In this document: in pieces, positions 32,824-32,879 of the stretch
Numbering within the stretch: position 1 is the first letter of the stretch
How the letters are laid out: the number at the start of each line of letters is the position of its first letter
Assembly (NCBI RefSeq): GCF_001194135.2
Contig: NC_069004.1
Location: 97,375-130,253 of the forward strand
Direction of reading: 5' to 3'
DNA length: 32,879 nucleotides
Source of the DNA: Octopus bimaculoides
Taxonomy: Eukaryota
The notes under the pieces: generated by a model
What the model was told of the DNA's origin: nothing
Databases searched by the model: none
The model's input: only the letters and a program-made list of their open reading frames with translations
Made by a program: the position numbers and the translations under genes

Positions 32824-32879
<56 letters not shown>

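Overview
AT-rich, microsatellite- and SINE-dense eukaryotic genomic scaffold with six N-gaps. The repeat families and (CA)/(TA)/(ATT)/(CAT) load look like a cephalopod, probably Octopus (inference from repeat content). Two protein-coding genes are reconstructable on the minus strand. (1) A complete 4-exon PXMP4/PMP24 peroxisomal membrane protein gene: join(22231-22137,18871-18809,16604-16406,15278-15021), 204 aa, all GT-AG junctions. (2) The last three coding exons of a CRAL-TRIO lipid-transfer protein of the TTPA/TTPAL/clavesin family: 32627-32517, 31877-31776, 30655-30500; the gene continues beyond the right edge. The rest is tRNA-derived SINEs of at least two main families, decayed LINE pieces (R4/Dong-like, Tx1/L1-like, RTE-like, another REL-type RT), hAT MITEs, a 420-bp foldback element and simple repeats. 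Almost all ORFs in the supplied track are microsatellite or gap artefacts. The most unusual signals are (a) a ~26-bp-period array of 11 palindromic 14-mers matching the RFX X-box, with divergent 10-13 bp spacers (14150-14508, just 3' of PXMP4), and (b) a 96%-identical foldback with nested palindromes in PXMP4 intron 2. No evidence of a CRISPR or other prokaryotic-type system.
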